A DNA stretch of 63,700 nt, filler included. It is 6 parts of 6 records of this genome, joined end to end, with 100 filler letters (N's around TTAATTAATTAA, not from the genome) between each part and the next. Parts side by side here need not be neighbours in the genome. Positions count along the whole stretch, not along the records: positions 16,471 to 29,217 come from SRR31156797_2373; positions 29,318 to 43,526 come from SRR31156797_2380; 4 more parts are not named here. One strand, given 5' to 3'. The position numbers and the translations under genes are program-made. The notes below the pieces were generated by a model. The model was not told the DNA's origin. It made no database searches and saw only the letters and a program-made list of their open reading frames with translations. Below, one piece after another: positions 20,562 through 30,131 of this stretch; the stretch's first letter is position 1, and each line of letters begins with the position of its first letter.

Positions 20562-21036
20562 CCCCTCCGCAGACGCAAGGCCCCCTCGGGAGAGGGGCGG
20601 ACCGGATGCCGCCGCGGCCAACGTTTCGGTCCCCAAGGATCGCAACGACGGAAGCGGCAAGATCCGGTTGCCGGCCCGCGGGGCCTTGCGTCGGAATGTC
20701 CCGGAACATATCCCGTGCCCACTCGCCATGGATTGCTCCCTAGTCCATGGCTTTTTTTCGCCCAGGCTCCCGCTGTTCACGAAGGGCGTAAAAGATGGCG
20801 CCCAACGGCCTCTCCCGCATTTTTTGAGAAACGACCGTTTTCTGGGCGATTTGGAGTGCGTATGGAGCCGCGTTTGGCAAGAGAGGCCGGATTAACGTCC
20901 AAAAAAACTACAAAACAATCAAAATCGATCAGAAAAGCTTGACGGCGGAATGTCCAAAGCGTAAAGCTCATAGGGATGGATTTTATCCGTCATTCCGGCG
21001 CGAAGACGCCGCCAACGAATGGGAGGCGAGTGCAAA

Positions 21037-22644
21037 ATGCCTATGAAATTACTACGAACCGCTGCCTTGAGCGCAGTTTTCCTGACGGCATCCTTATCCG
21101 TGACGATGGCCGGAACGCCGGCGGATCAGTTGGTCGTCGGCATGAACATGACCAATTTCATCTCGCTGGATCCGCCCGCCACGAGCGGGCGTCAGGCCTT
21201 CGAGATCACGTCAAACATCTACGACCATTTGCTCGAACTCGATCCAAAAGACCGCAAGATCGTTCGTCCCGCCCTTGCCGAGAGCTGGGAAGTCAGCCCG
21301 GACGGCACCACGATCACGCTTAAGATGCGCAAGGACGCGAAGTTCCATTCGGGAAATCCCGTCACCGCCAACGATTTCGTGTGGTCCCTGACCCGCGCCT
21401 TCAAGCAGAGCCTGACCCAGGCAACGACCTGGAAGAGCTTCGGCTTCAACGCGGACAACGTGGCCGAAACGATCATGGCGCCCGATCCGCAAACCGTCGT
21501 GATCAAGATTCCCAACCCGACGGACCCGGTCCTGGTGGTCAACACGATTGCCATCATCCCGTCGTCGCTGGTGATCGACAGCAAGCTGGCCATGGAGCAC
21601 GAAAAGGACGGCGATATGGGCAGCGCGTGGCTGGCGGCCAACGATGCCGGATCCGGACCGTTCATTCTGAAGTCCTGGCAGACCAACAACCTGGTCATGC
21701 TCGAGCGCTTCGACGACCATTGGAGCGGCCCGGCCAAGATGAAGCGGGTCATCTATCGTCATATGCCGGAGCCGCAGTCGCAGCGCTTGGCGATCGAAAA
21801 GGGCGACATCGACGTTGCCTCGGGCATGGCGGGGCCGGATATCAAGGCGCTTGCCAACGACCCGAACATCAAGCTCGACGAGGTCCAGAGCGGTAACATC
21901 TACTATCTGGGCATGAGCCTGAAGCACGAGAAGTACCAGAACCCGAAGGTTCGCGCCGCCGTCCGCCTGTTGATCGACTATGAGGGCATCAACACCGCGA
22001 TCATGCCGTACTTCGGCTTCCCGCACCAACGCCCGATCCAGCACGGGTCGATGGGCGACCTGCCGGATCCGGGCTTCAAGCTCGACGTCGAGGGTGCGAA
22101 AAAGCTGCTGGCCGAGGCCGGCTATCCCGACGGCTTCGAGGCGACCATCCGCGTTCTGCCGGACTCGCCGTTCATCAATATCGCCACCTCGATCCAGGCG
22201 ACCCTGGCGCAGGGCGGCATCAAGGCCGAGATCCTGCCGGGCAGCGGCGATCAGGTGTATGGCTCCATGCGCAAGCGCGACTTCGACATGATCGTCGGTC
22301 GCGGCGGCGGCGGTCGCGATCCGCATCCGCACGGGAACATGCGCTCGCAGATCTACAATCCCGACAACCGTGACGAGGCGAAGCTGACCTCGTTCCAGGG
22401 GTGGCGCTCGTCCTTCCACAACGAGGAACTCAACAAGATGATCTTGGCCGCGTTGCTGGAGCGGAACAAAGCCAAGCAGGAGCAGATGTACAAGGACATC
22501 CAGAACAAGGTGGCCGAGGTGGTGCAGTCGCTGCTGCCGATCTCGCAGGCCGTCGACACCATCGTCTACCGGGCCGATGTCCAGAACTACGTCTACCATC
22601 CGTGTTGGACGACCTATCTGAAGGGCGTCTACAAGCAACGCTAG
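21037..22644 (+). CDS. Dpp/Opp (family 5) ABC substrate-binding protein
   Basis: Signal peptide, SLDP, LAESWEVS.DG, KFHSGNPVTA.D and GSGPF motifs. Confidence 0.92.
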   Translation: MPMKLLRTAALSAVFLTASLSVTMAGTPADQLVVGMNMTNFISLDPPATSGRQAFEITSNIYDHLLELDPKDRKIVRPALAESWEVSPDGTTITLKMRKDAKFHSGNPVTANDFVWSLTRAFKQSLTQATTWKSFGFNADNVAETIMAPDPQTVVIKIPNPTDPVLVVNTIAIIPSSLVIDSKLAMEHEKDGDMGSAWLAANDAGSGPFILKSWQTNNLVMLERFDDHWSGPAKMKRVIYRHMPEPQSQRLAIEKGDIDVASGMAGPDIKALANDPNIKLDEVQSGNIYYLGMSLKHEKYQNPKVRAAVRLLIDYEGINTAIMPYFGFPHQRPIQHGSMGDLPDPGFKLDVEGAKKLLAEAGYPDGFEATIRVLPDSPFINIATSIQATLAQGGIKAEILPGSGDQVYGSMRKRDFDMIVGRGGGGRDPHPHGNMRSQIYNPDNRDEAKLTSFQGWRSSFHNEELNKMILAALLERNKAKQEQMYKDIQNKVAEVVQSLLPISQAVDTIVYRADVQNYVYHPCWTTYLKGVYKQR

Positions 22645-22759
22645 TACCATCGGATAGGTGAAGTTAAGCTGCCATGACACCCGCCACCGTCATTCTCAAA
22701 CGGCGGTGGTGGGTGGACGGCGCCCACCCGGTGCCGCCGGCGCCACTCCATATGGTTGA

Positions 22760-23812
22760 ATGACGATGTCCTCTTTCCTTAAGGGTCTGCCGAGCTTTTT
22801 TCAGCGGCGCGGAATTTCGATTGCGAAGCACGCTGTTTCGATCCTGTTGACCCTGGTCGGCCTGATGGTGCTGACCTTTTTCATCGGCCGCGTCATGCCC
22901 ATCGATCCGGTGGGTCGGATCGTCGGCAACGAGGCCGATGCCGACGCCTACCAGGCGGCCTACGAACGATTAGGCTTTGACCAACCCCTGTACGTCCAGT
23001 TCTACCGCTATGTCGAACAGATGCTGAGCGGCGACTTCGGTGTCGCGTTGCTGACCGGCAACAGCATCGTCGGCGACATCGTCCGGGCTTTTCCGGCCAC
23101 CGTTGAACTGGCGACCTTCGCTCTGCTGGTCGGCGTCGGTATCGGCGTACCTCTCGGTATCATCGCGGCGGTCTACCGCAACCGGCCCGTCGACCACATC
23201 CTGCGCATCATCACCCTGCTGGGCCACTCCAGCCCGATCTTCTGGATCGGCATGATCAGCCTGATCATCTTTTACGCCAAGCTTGGCTGGGTCGGCGGTT
23301 CGGGGCGGGTCGACATCTACTACGAAGGTATAGTCCCGAGCTATTCCGGGATGATCCTGATCGATTCGCTGATCGCTGGGGAAACCGACGTCTTCTTCAG
23401 CGCCGTGCGACATATCATCCTGCCGGCTTCGGTGCTCGGTTTTTCGTCGATGGCGTATCTGACGCGCATGACCCGAAGTTTCATGCTCGAACAACTCCTG
23501 CAGGAATACATCATCGCCGCGCGGGTGAAGGGCCTTTCGCCCTTCGACGTGATCTGGCGCCACGCCTTCCGAAACATCCGCGTTCAGCTGGTGACGATCA
23601 TCGCGCTGACCTACGGCCATCTGCTGGAAGGTGCCGTGCTGATCGAGACCGTGTTCGCCTGGCCGGGCTTCGGACAGTACCTGACCAACAACCTGCTGCT
23701 CGGCGACATGAACGCGGTGATTGTCTGCGTTTTGCTGATCGGCTTCATTTTCATGGGCCTGAATCTGGCCTGTGACCTGCTTTACCGAGTCTTTGACCCG
23801 AGGACCCGATGA
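22760..23812 (+). CDS. Dpp/Opp-type ABC permease (DppB-like)
   Basis: LGFDQPLYVQF, FPATVELA, ARVKGL and IETVFAWPG motifs. Confidence 0.92.
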   Translation: MTMSSFLKGLPSFFQRRGISIAKHAVSILLTLVGLMVLTFFIGRVMPIDPVGRIVGNEADADAYQAAYERLGFDQPLYVQFYRYVEQMLSGDFGVALLTGNSIVGDIVRAFPATVELATFALLVGVGIGVPLGIIAAVYRNRPVDHILRIITLLGHSSPIFWIGMISLIIFYAKLGWVGGSGRVDIYYEGIVPSYSGMILIDSLIAGETDVFFSAVRHIILPASVLGFSSMAYLTRMTRSFMLEQLLQEYIIAARVKGLSPFDVIWRHAFRNIRVQLVTIIALTYGHLLEGAVLIETVFAWPGFGQYLTNNLLLGDMNAVIVCVLLIGFIFMGLNLACDLLYRVFDPRTR

Positions 23813-24702
23813 CCCCCCGGCAATTCCTGTTCGAACACAACGCCACCTCGCCGCTGGAAGCCCACCTGCAACAGGCCGGGCTCGGGTTCCTGCGATTCCT
23901 CACAAATCCGTTGGCCGTCGCCGGCGCCTCGGTGATCCTGCTTCTGATCCTGACCGCCGCCTTCGCTCCCTGGCTGGCGACCCACGACCCGAACATCCAG
24001 GACCTGACCAACACGCTTCAGCCGCCGAACGCGGAACACTGGGCGGGGACCGACGAATACGGCCGCGACATCTACAGCCGCATCGTCTACGGCGCGCGGG
24101 TGTCGCTCTACATCATCGCCCTGGTGACGCTGGTGGTCGGCCCCGTGGGCCTGGTCATCGGAACCGTCGCGGGCTATTTCGGCGGTACCGTCGATCTTGC
24201 CCTGATGCGGCTGACCGACCTGTTCCTGTCGTTTCCCAGCCTGATTCTGACTCTGGCGGTGGTGGCCGCCCTGGGGCCGAGCCTGGACAACGCCATCGTC
24301 GCCATCGGCCTGACTGCCTGGCCGCCCATCGCCCGGCTGGCCAGGGCCGAGTCCCTGATCCACCGCTCCAGTGACTTTGTGGCGGCGGCGCAATTGCAGG
24401 GGGCGTCGTCCGCCCATGTGATCCTGCGCCACATCGTGCCCATGTGCATGTCGTCGGTAATCATCCGGCTGACCTTCAACATGGCGGGCGTGCTGCTGAC
24501 GGCGGCGGGATTGGGTTTCCTGGGCCTCGGTGCACAGCCGCCAACCCCGGAATGGGGGGCCATGACCTCGGCCGGCCGCCGTTACATGCTGGAAAGCTGG
24601 TGGCTGGTGACCTTCCCGGGCATGGCCATTCTGGCCGTCAGCCTCGCCTTCAACCTGTTCGGCGACGGCTTGCGCGACATTCTCGATCCAAAGCAGGACT
24701 GA
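23809..24702 (+). CDS. Dpp/Opp-type ABC permease (DppC-like)
   Basis: GTDEYGRDI, PPTPEWG and FNLFGDGLRD motifs. Confidence 0.92.
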   Translation: MTPRQFLFEHNATSPLEAHLQQAGLGFLRFLTNPLAVAGASVILLLILTAAFAPWLATHDPNIQDLTNTLQPPNAEHWAGTDEYGRDIYSRIVYGARVSLYIIALVTLVVGPVGLVIGTVAGYFGGTVDLALMRLTDLFLSFPSLILTLAVVAALGPSLDNAIVAIGLTAWPPIARLARAESLIHRSSDFVAAAQLQGASSAHVILRHIVPMCMSSVIIRLTFNMAGVLLTAAGLGFLGLGAQPPTPEWGAMTSAGRRYMLESWWLVTFPGMAILAVSLAFNLFGDGLRDILDPKQD

Positions 24703-24703
24703 C

Positions 24704-25570
24704 ATGGACGACCAACACGCATCCTTGCTGACCGTTGACGACCTGTGGGTCAGCTTCGCCTCTCGCCGGGGAATGGTCGACGCGGTGCGCGGGGTATCAT
24801 TCTCGCTGGGCCGCGAGAAGGTCGGCATCGTCGGCGAATCCGGTTCGGGTAAGTCGACGGTCGGCCGGTCGATCCTGAAGCTCCATCCGCGTTCGGCGGA
24901 GGTTCGGGCCAAGGCGCTCACGTTCCGCGATACCGACCTGATGCAAGCGACCGACCGCGAGATGCGCCGGATTCGTGGCCGACGGATCTCGATGATCATG
25001 CAGGACCCGAAAATCTCGTTGGATCCGGTGGTGACGGTCGGCGAACAGATCGCCGAGGCGTACCGCATCCACCACCGCTCCGATGCCCGGACCGCCAGGG
25101 AACGCAGCCTCGAGATGCTGCGGGCGGTCAAGATCCGCGATCCCGAACTGGTCTACGACCAGTATCCGCATCAGGTATCGGGCGGTATGGGCCAGCGCGT
25201 GATGATCGCCATGATGATGATTCCCGAACCCGACATCATCATCGCCGACGAACCGACCTCGGCCCTGGACGTGACCGTCCGCCTGCAGGTCCTGTCGATC
25301 CTGGACGATCTGGTCGACCGCAAGGGCCTGGGGCTGATCTTCATCAGCCACGACCTCAATCTGGTGCGGTCCTTCTGTGACCGGGTGCTGATCATGTATA
25401 GCGGCCTGATTGTCGAATCGATCGCCGCGGCGGATCTGAACCAGGCCCAGCATCCCTACACGCAGGGCCTGTTGGCCGCCTTGCCGACGCTGGGGGCGCG
25501 GCGCGACATGCTGCCGGCGCTGGACCGTGATCCGTCGTGGCTCGACATTTCAACGGAGGGCGCGGCGTGA
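24704..25570 (+). CDS. Dpp/Opp-type ABC ATPase (DppD-like)
   Basis: GESGSGKS, YPHQVSGGMGQR and ADEPTSALD motifs. Confidence 0.92.
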   Translation: MDDQHASLLTVDDLWVSFASRRGMVDAVRGVSFSLGREKVGIVGESGSGKSTVGRSILKLHPRSAEVRAKALTFRDTDLMQATDREMRRIRGRRISMIMQDPKISLDPVVTVGEQIAEAYRIHHRSDARTARERSLEMLRAVKIRDPELVYDQYPHQVSGGMGQRVMIAMMMIPEPDIIIADEPTSALDVTVRLQVLSILDDLVDRKGLGLIFISHDLNLVRSFCDRVLIMYSGLIVESIAAADLNQAQHPYTQGLLAALPTLGARRDMLPALDRDPSWLDISTEGAA

Positions 25571-26394
25571 TTGTGGATGCCATCAACATCACCGACCTGA
25601 ACCTGTCCTTTCCCGGCAAGAAGGGCGACCTCCATATCCTGAAGGACATCGACCTGCGGGTGGCGGAAGGGGAGGTGTTCGGTCTCGTCGGCGAGTCCGG
25701 ATCGGGCAAGTCGACAGTGCTGCGCTGCATCTGCAGCCTCTACGATCGCTGGACCGGCTCCATCCTGATCGACGGCAAGGACATGGACAAGTCGGCCCGC
25801 GTACGCAGCCGCGTGGTCCAGATGGTGTTCCAGGATCCCTACTCGTCGCTGCACCCCAAGCACACCATCAACACGACCCTGATGGAACCGCTGACCATTC
25901 ATGGCATCAAGGATGCCAGCGGGCGGGTCGACACCGTGCTGCACGACGTCGGGCTCGGTCCCAGCTTCCGGTTCCGTTATCCGCACCAGCTATCCGGGGG
26001 GCAGCGTCAACGTGTCGCCATCGCCCGGGCGTTGATGCTGGAACCGCGTATCCTGCTGCTGGACGAACCGACCTCGGCGCTGGATGTTTCGGTCCAGGCG
26101 GAGATTTTGAACCTGCTGAAATCCATCCAGCGACGGAACAATCTGACCTGCGTCCTGGTCAGCCACGATCTGGCCGTTATCGACCATATGTGCGACCGCC
26201 TGGCGGTGATGCGCGAAGGCAGGATCATGGACGAATTCCCGCGCGAGAACCTGGATCGGCCCGATACGTTGCATCCCTATACGCAAGCACTGATCGCCAG
26301 CAGCCGCGATTTCGACCGCGATTTCGCCCGCCAACTGGCTGTACAGGAAGAAACCGCCGTCGGTACCGACAAACTGCGTCCCGGCGGCGGCTAA
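25567..26394 (+). CDS. Dpp/Opp-type ABC ATPase (DppF-like)
   Basis: GESGSGKS, LSGGQRQR and LDEPTSALD motifs; GTG start overlaps the upstream stop. Confidence 0.92.
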   Translation: MIVDAINITDLNLSFPGKKGDLHILKDIDLRVAEGEVFGLVGESGSGKSTVLRCICSLYDRWTGSILIDGKDMDKSARVRSRVVQMVFQDPYSSLHPKHTINTTLMEPLTIHGIKDASGRVDTVLHDVGLGPSFRFRYPHQLSGGQRQRVAIARALMLEPRILLLDEPTSALDVSVQAEILNLLKSIQRRNNLTCVLVSHDLAVIDHMCDRLAVMREGRIMDEFPRENLDRPDTLHPYTQALIASSRDFDRDFARQLAVQEETAVGTDKLRPGGG

Positions 26395-26430
26395 GTTGTC
26401 GAAGCCCCGAAAGGACGAGAGAGGAATTCG

Positions 26431-27114
26431 CTAGTCCTTCGCGGACCAGTTGCCCTGCCCGGTCCGGGCGAGGATCGGCGTGTCGAAGACGCCGACGACT
26501 TTGACGGCACTGCCCGGCACCTTGTCCTTGAGAAGGTCGCGCCAGCGTTGCGTCTGGACCATCGCCACACCGAGAACGACCGGCTCGATCCCGCAGGTGG
26601 CGAACAGGTGCAGGCCGGCCAGCATCGAGGCGCCGCTCGAGATGACGTCGTCGATCAGCGCCACGCGCTTGCCTTCGAGAAGCGGCAGCATGCGCGGATC
26701 GACATAAAGCCGCTTGCGTTGTTCGGGAGACGTGATCGAGGACAGGGAGACGGATTTCTCGTCCTGGTACCAGAACTTCCGCGACGTACCGAGGGGAACG
26801 TAGCGGCCGTGGCCGAGTTCGCGGGCAACCGCGCTGGCCAGGGTCAGGCCCAGCGTCGGCAGGCCGACGACAATCTCGGGCTCGAAATCCTTGAGCTTCC
26901 CGGCGAGTGCCTTGGCCAGGGCATCCTGTACGACGAAGCTCGCCTGATTGATGATCAGCGAGGCAAGCGCGTGTTCGCCATCCGGTAGGGGCCGGATGGG
27001 CAGCTTGATCTGGTGGCCGTCGTCGAGTTCGGCCGGGAAAAAGCCGCTGTGGCTGTCAGCGGACCCGAGGGTCCCGGGCGCATGGATTTCCTGCCAGAAG
27101 TCATGGGGCTGCAT
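26431..27114 (-). CDS. Type I phosphoribosyltransferase (purine PRT-like)
   Basis: PRPP-binding loop VALIDDVISSGAS. Confidence 0.85.
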   Translation of the reverse strand: MQPHDFWQEIHAPGTLGSADSHSGFFPAELDDGHQIKLPIRPLPDGEHALASLIINQASFVVQDALAKALAGKLKDFEPEIVVGLPTLGLTLASAVARELGHGRYVPLGTSRKFWYQDEKSVSLSSITSPEQRKRLYVDPRMLPLLEGKRVALIDDVISSGASMLAGLHLFATCGIEPVVLGVAMVQTQRWRDLLKDKVPGSAVKVVGVFDTPILARTGQGNWSAKD

Positions 27115-27223
27115 TCGTGTTCGGTCCTTTTCCTGGTTTTCCGCCGAAGCGGTTCATATTTCTTGATTTTTCGGATATGTCAGTAGCGGCCACGGCAAAT
27201 GCCGCCTCCGTTTCTTCACCGTC

Positions 27224-28417
27224 ATGAAAGGTGCCGCCAAACCGATGAACGTCCCCAACAAGGTTTCCGACGATCTGCCTTTTCTCACGACACTGCGTCG
27301 CGACCTGCATGCCCATCCGGAACTCGGATTCGAGGAGACGAGGACAAGCGATATCGTCGCCCGGCATCTCGAGGAGGCGGGGATAAGCGTCCATCGCGGT
27401 CTTGCCGGGACCGGCGTCGTCGGCACGCTCAAGGTCGGCGAAGGCAAGCGTGCCATCGGCCTGCGCGCCGATATGGATGCGCTGGCCATGCCGGAAACGG
27501 CGGAGCGCCCTTACAAATCCACCGTCGAGGGCAAGATGCACGCCTGCGGTCACGACGGGCATACGGTGATGCTGCTTGGGGCGGCCCGTCACCTCGCCCG
27601 GACGCGGGCGTTTTCCGGCACCGTCCACTTCATCTTCCAGCCGGCCGAGGAAGGGCGTGGCGGGGCGCAGAAGATGATGGACGACGGACTGTTCCGTCTT
27701 TTCCGCTGCGATGCGGTGTACGGACTTCACAACATGCCGGGGCTCGACGTCGACGAGATGGCGGTCGTCGATGGGCCACAACTGGCCTCGTCCGACTCTT
27801 GGCGCGTCACCTTCCGCGGCACCGGCACCCACGGCGGCAAGCCGCACCTCGGCCGCGATCCGATTACCGCCATGGCCAGTTTCCTTGGCGCCCTGCAGAC
27901 GATCGTCGGCCGGGTAGTCGATCCCCTGCAGCCGGCCGTCGTCAGCGCCTGTTCGGTCCAGGCTGGAAATTCCGACGCGCTTAACGTCATTCCCGATTTC
28001 GCCGATGTCGGCGGCACGGCACGGGCCTATTCGCCTGCCGTTCGCGACCAGCTGGACGAGGAGATCGGCCGGCTGGCGCGGGGAACCGCGGAAATGTTCG
28101 GGATCACCGCCGAGTATGCGTTCGACCGCCGCATCCCGCCGACCATCAACGACGCCGAGGCGACGCGCCGGGCCAGCGAGGCCGCCGCAAGCGTCTTCGG
28201 GGAAAAGGTCCGCAGCGTCTTCCCGCCGACCACGGCGGGGGACGACTTCGCATTTTTCCAACAGCAGGTGCCGGGCTGTTACGTCTGGCTCGGCAACGGC
28301 CCGGCCGTCGAAGGTGCGCTCCACCACAATACCGCCTACGATTTCAACGATGCCGCCATCCCCCACGGTGTCGCCTTCTGGTCGGCCCTTGTCGAGCGAG
28401 AACTGGCCTCCGGTTAA
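27224..28417 (+). CDS. M20 family amidohydrolase (hippurate-hydrolase-like)
   Basis: HPELGFEE, LRADMDAL, MHACGHDGH and FQPAEEG motifs. Confidence 0.92.
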   Translation: MKGAAKPMNVPNKVSDDLPFLTTLRRDLHAHPELGFEETRTSDIVARHLEEAGISVHRGLAGTGVVGTLKVGEGKRAIGLRADMDALAMPETAERPYKSTVEGKMHACGHDGHTVMLLGAARHLARTRAFSGTVHFIFQPAEEGRGGAQKMMDDGLFRLFRCDAVYGLHNMPGLDVDEMAVVDGPQLASSDSWRVTFRGTGTHGGKPHLGRDPITAMASFLGALQTIVGRVVDPLQPAVVSACSVQAGNSDALNVIPDFADVGGTARAYSPAVRDQLDEEIGRLARGTAEMFGITAEYAFDRRIPPTINDAEATRRASEAAASVFGEKVRSVFPPTTAGDDFAFFQQQVPGCYVWLGNGPAVEGALHHNTAYDFNDAAIPHGVAFWSALVERELASG

Positions 28418-29217
28418 AGAATTTCCAGTATCGGGCTGTCGAGAACCTTTCCGCTGTCGCCATCGGCGATGCCGCGATCGGTCAGGTGCGGACCCGTATT
28501 GCAGGCAAGCGTCGCCCCGAAACAGGCCTTGAAGACCAGATAGGGCGGTTGCCACTCGACCAGCCGGCCGACCGCGTTGCGGACCGCCTTGAAGCCCTCG
28601 GCAACGTCATCAAGCGGCGTATCCGAAAGGATTCCGGCCAGCGGCAGCGGCAGTATGGCGTCGACCTTGCCGTCCGATGCCGCGGCCATGCCGCCGCCGG
28701 CTTCGATCACCGCATTGGCGGCGATTGCCATGTCGCGCCGATTGCCGCCGAACACCGTCAGGTTGTGGCTGTCGTGGGAAACCGTCGTCGCGAAGGCGCC
28801 GCGCCAGGTGCCCCAGCCGGTCAGGAATCCGAGGCGCGGCCGGCCGTCGGCGCGGCCGTGCCGGTGGACTACCGCCATCAGCGTCGCATCCGGCGGTGCC
28901 TCGACGAAGCCGTCGCGGATATCCGTCGTTCGTTCGCCCCAGCGGGTAAAGCGCGGCTTGTCGATGGTGCAGACGCGGGCCTTTTCGCCCTCGGCCGGGA
29001 CGCGGAAATCCGTCTCGGTCAGCGGCTCGACCTTGACCGTTCCGAGCAGACGGGCGGTATTGGCCCGGGCCATCGGCGCCACCGATGAACCGCCGCGGGT
29101 CAGCACGGCACCGTTGGCGACAACGGTGTCGGCGTGAAATTCCTTAAGCGAATCGAAGACGACGATGTCGGCGCGGCGGCCGGGAGCGATCAGGCCGAGG
29201 TCGTCGCGGCCGAGGCG
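28414..29217 (-). CDS. ade: Adenine deaminase, C-terminal part (5'-truncated)
   Basis: Frame is open to the contig edge; GLIAPGRRADIV, ATTVSHDSHNL and LPLPLAGILS motifs. Confidence 0.8.
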   Translation of the reverse strand, partial: RLGRDDLGLIAPGRRADIVVFDSLKEFHADTVVANGAVLTRGGSSVAPMARANTARLLGTVKVEPLTETDFRVPAEGEKARVCTIDKPRFTRWGERTTDIRDGFVEAPPDATLMAVVHRHGRADGRPRLGFLTGWGTWRGAFATTVSHDSHNLTVFGGNRRDMAIAANAVIEAGGGMAAASDGKVDAILPLPLAGILSDTPLDDVAEGFKAVRNAVGRLVEWQPPYLVFKACFGATLACNTGPHLTDRGIADGDSGKVLDSPILEIL

Positions 29218-29317
29218 NNNNNNNNNNNNNNNNNNNNNNNNNNNNNNNNNNNNNNNNNNNNTTAATTAATTAANNNNNNNNNNNNNNNNNNNNNNNNNNN
29301 NNNNNNNNNNNNNNNNN
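29218..29317. other. Artificial contig spacer
   Basis: N run containing TTAATTAATTAA. Confidence 0.98.
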
Positions 29318-29349
29318 TTTGTTAGGCATTCCTCTCAAAACGGACGGCT

Positions 29350-29520
29350 ATTTTAGCTAGTTAAGTTTCAGTGTCAAACACTTTTTTTAAACTTTTTCAT
29401 CGTTAATTGATGCTAGTTAATAAACCGGCTAACTGGTTACATTTCTTAAGAACTGTTCCCGTGTCAGCGAGGCGGCATTATAGGGAGATGATTTGAATTG
29501 GCAATAGTTTTTTTTAATTT
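29350..29520 (-). promoter_or_regulatory. Tandem rRNA-operon P1/P2 promoters (rRNA genes lie beyond the contig end)
   Basis: P1: TTGCCA (29504-29499), 16 bp, TATAAT (29482-29477), GC-rich discriminator and A-rich UP element. P2: TTGACA (29377-29372), 16 bp, TAAAAT (29355-29350). Downstream of hemG, as for E. coli rrnA. Confidence 0.8.
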
Positions 29521-29583
29521 TCTGCTCGTTTTTTACTGTTCGAATAAAAAAGAGCCAATAAGGCTCTTAATTAACTATTTTCT

Positions 29584-30114
29584 CTACAACTGCTCGAATT
29601 TTTTAGCGAATAAAGTGACTTTTTTCCAATCTGTATATTCTACTTCTTTCGTTGTGTCTGTTTCACCGCCGGTTAACTTCATAATAAAACGGATCATCAT
29701 TCTGTCTATAGGGCGATAGCGTGGATAATAGAGTGCGCCCGCGAATACGCCGATTAAAGTCGGTTGCCAAGGAGACTTCTTAAGAAAGGTTTTTATATAA
29801 ACACTACCTTCAGGCGTATCTTTTCCTTGATCGGCTTTACGAGCAGTTAAATTAACGCAATAGAAAGCCGACTTAACTTGTTCGAGCTGTTGTTTATGAC
29901 CCTCTATAAACTGATAGAGCTTTTTGTTTAGTTTCCCATAGCGAATAGAAGCACCCACCAGCACTTTGTCATATTGCGCTAACTCTATCTTTTGGCACTG
30001 ATGTAAATCGACAAACTCGCATTCATAACCATCCAACTGCTCGGCTATGTTATGCATGATTTTTTTTGTTTGCCCTTCACGAGTCGAATATAAAAGTAGT
30101 GCTTTCACTTTCAT
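29584..30114 (-). CDS. hemG: Menaquinone-dependent protoporphyrinogen IX dehydrogenase
   Basis: YSTREGQT, GASIRYG, FAGALYYPRY and EVEYTDW motifs; trkH-hemG synteny. Confidence 0.95.
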   Translation of the reverse strand: MKVKALLLYSTREGQTKKIMHNIAEQLDGYECEFVDLHQCQKIELAQYDKVLVGASIRYGKLNKKLYQFIEGHKQQLEQVKSAFYCVNLTARKADQGKDTPEGSVYIKTFLKKSPWQPTLIGVFAGALYYPRYRPIDRMMIRFIMKLTGGETDTTKEVEYTDWKKVTLFAKKFEQL

Positions 30115-30131
30115 TCCCTATTTATTGAACC

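Noticed and set aside
16837-27114. Contig-wide UAG recoding or pyrrolysine use
   Set aside because: TAG ends genes at family-appropriate positions on the same contig (22644, 26431), and no pyl genes or suppressor tRNA are visible.
16471-29217. Many long overlapping or antisense ORFs (e.g. 21211-22680, 23782-25131, 27101-28555, 17372-18208)
   Set aside because: Shadow ORFs expected in GC-rich DNA opposite well-supported genes; no recognisable motifs.
29318-29520. rRNA gene at the Vibrio contig end
   Set aside because: Only the P1/P2 promoters and the start of the leader are present; no 16S sequence.
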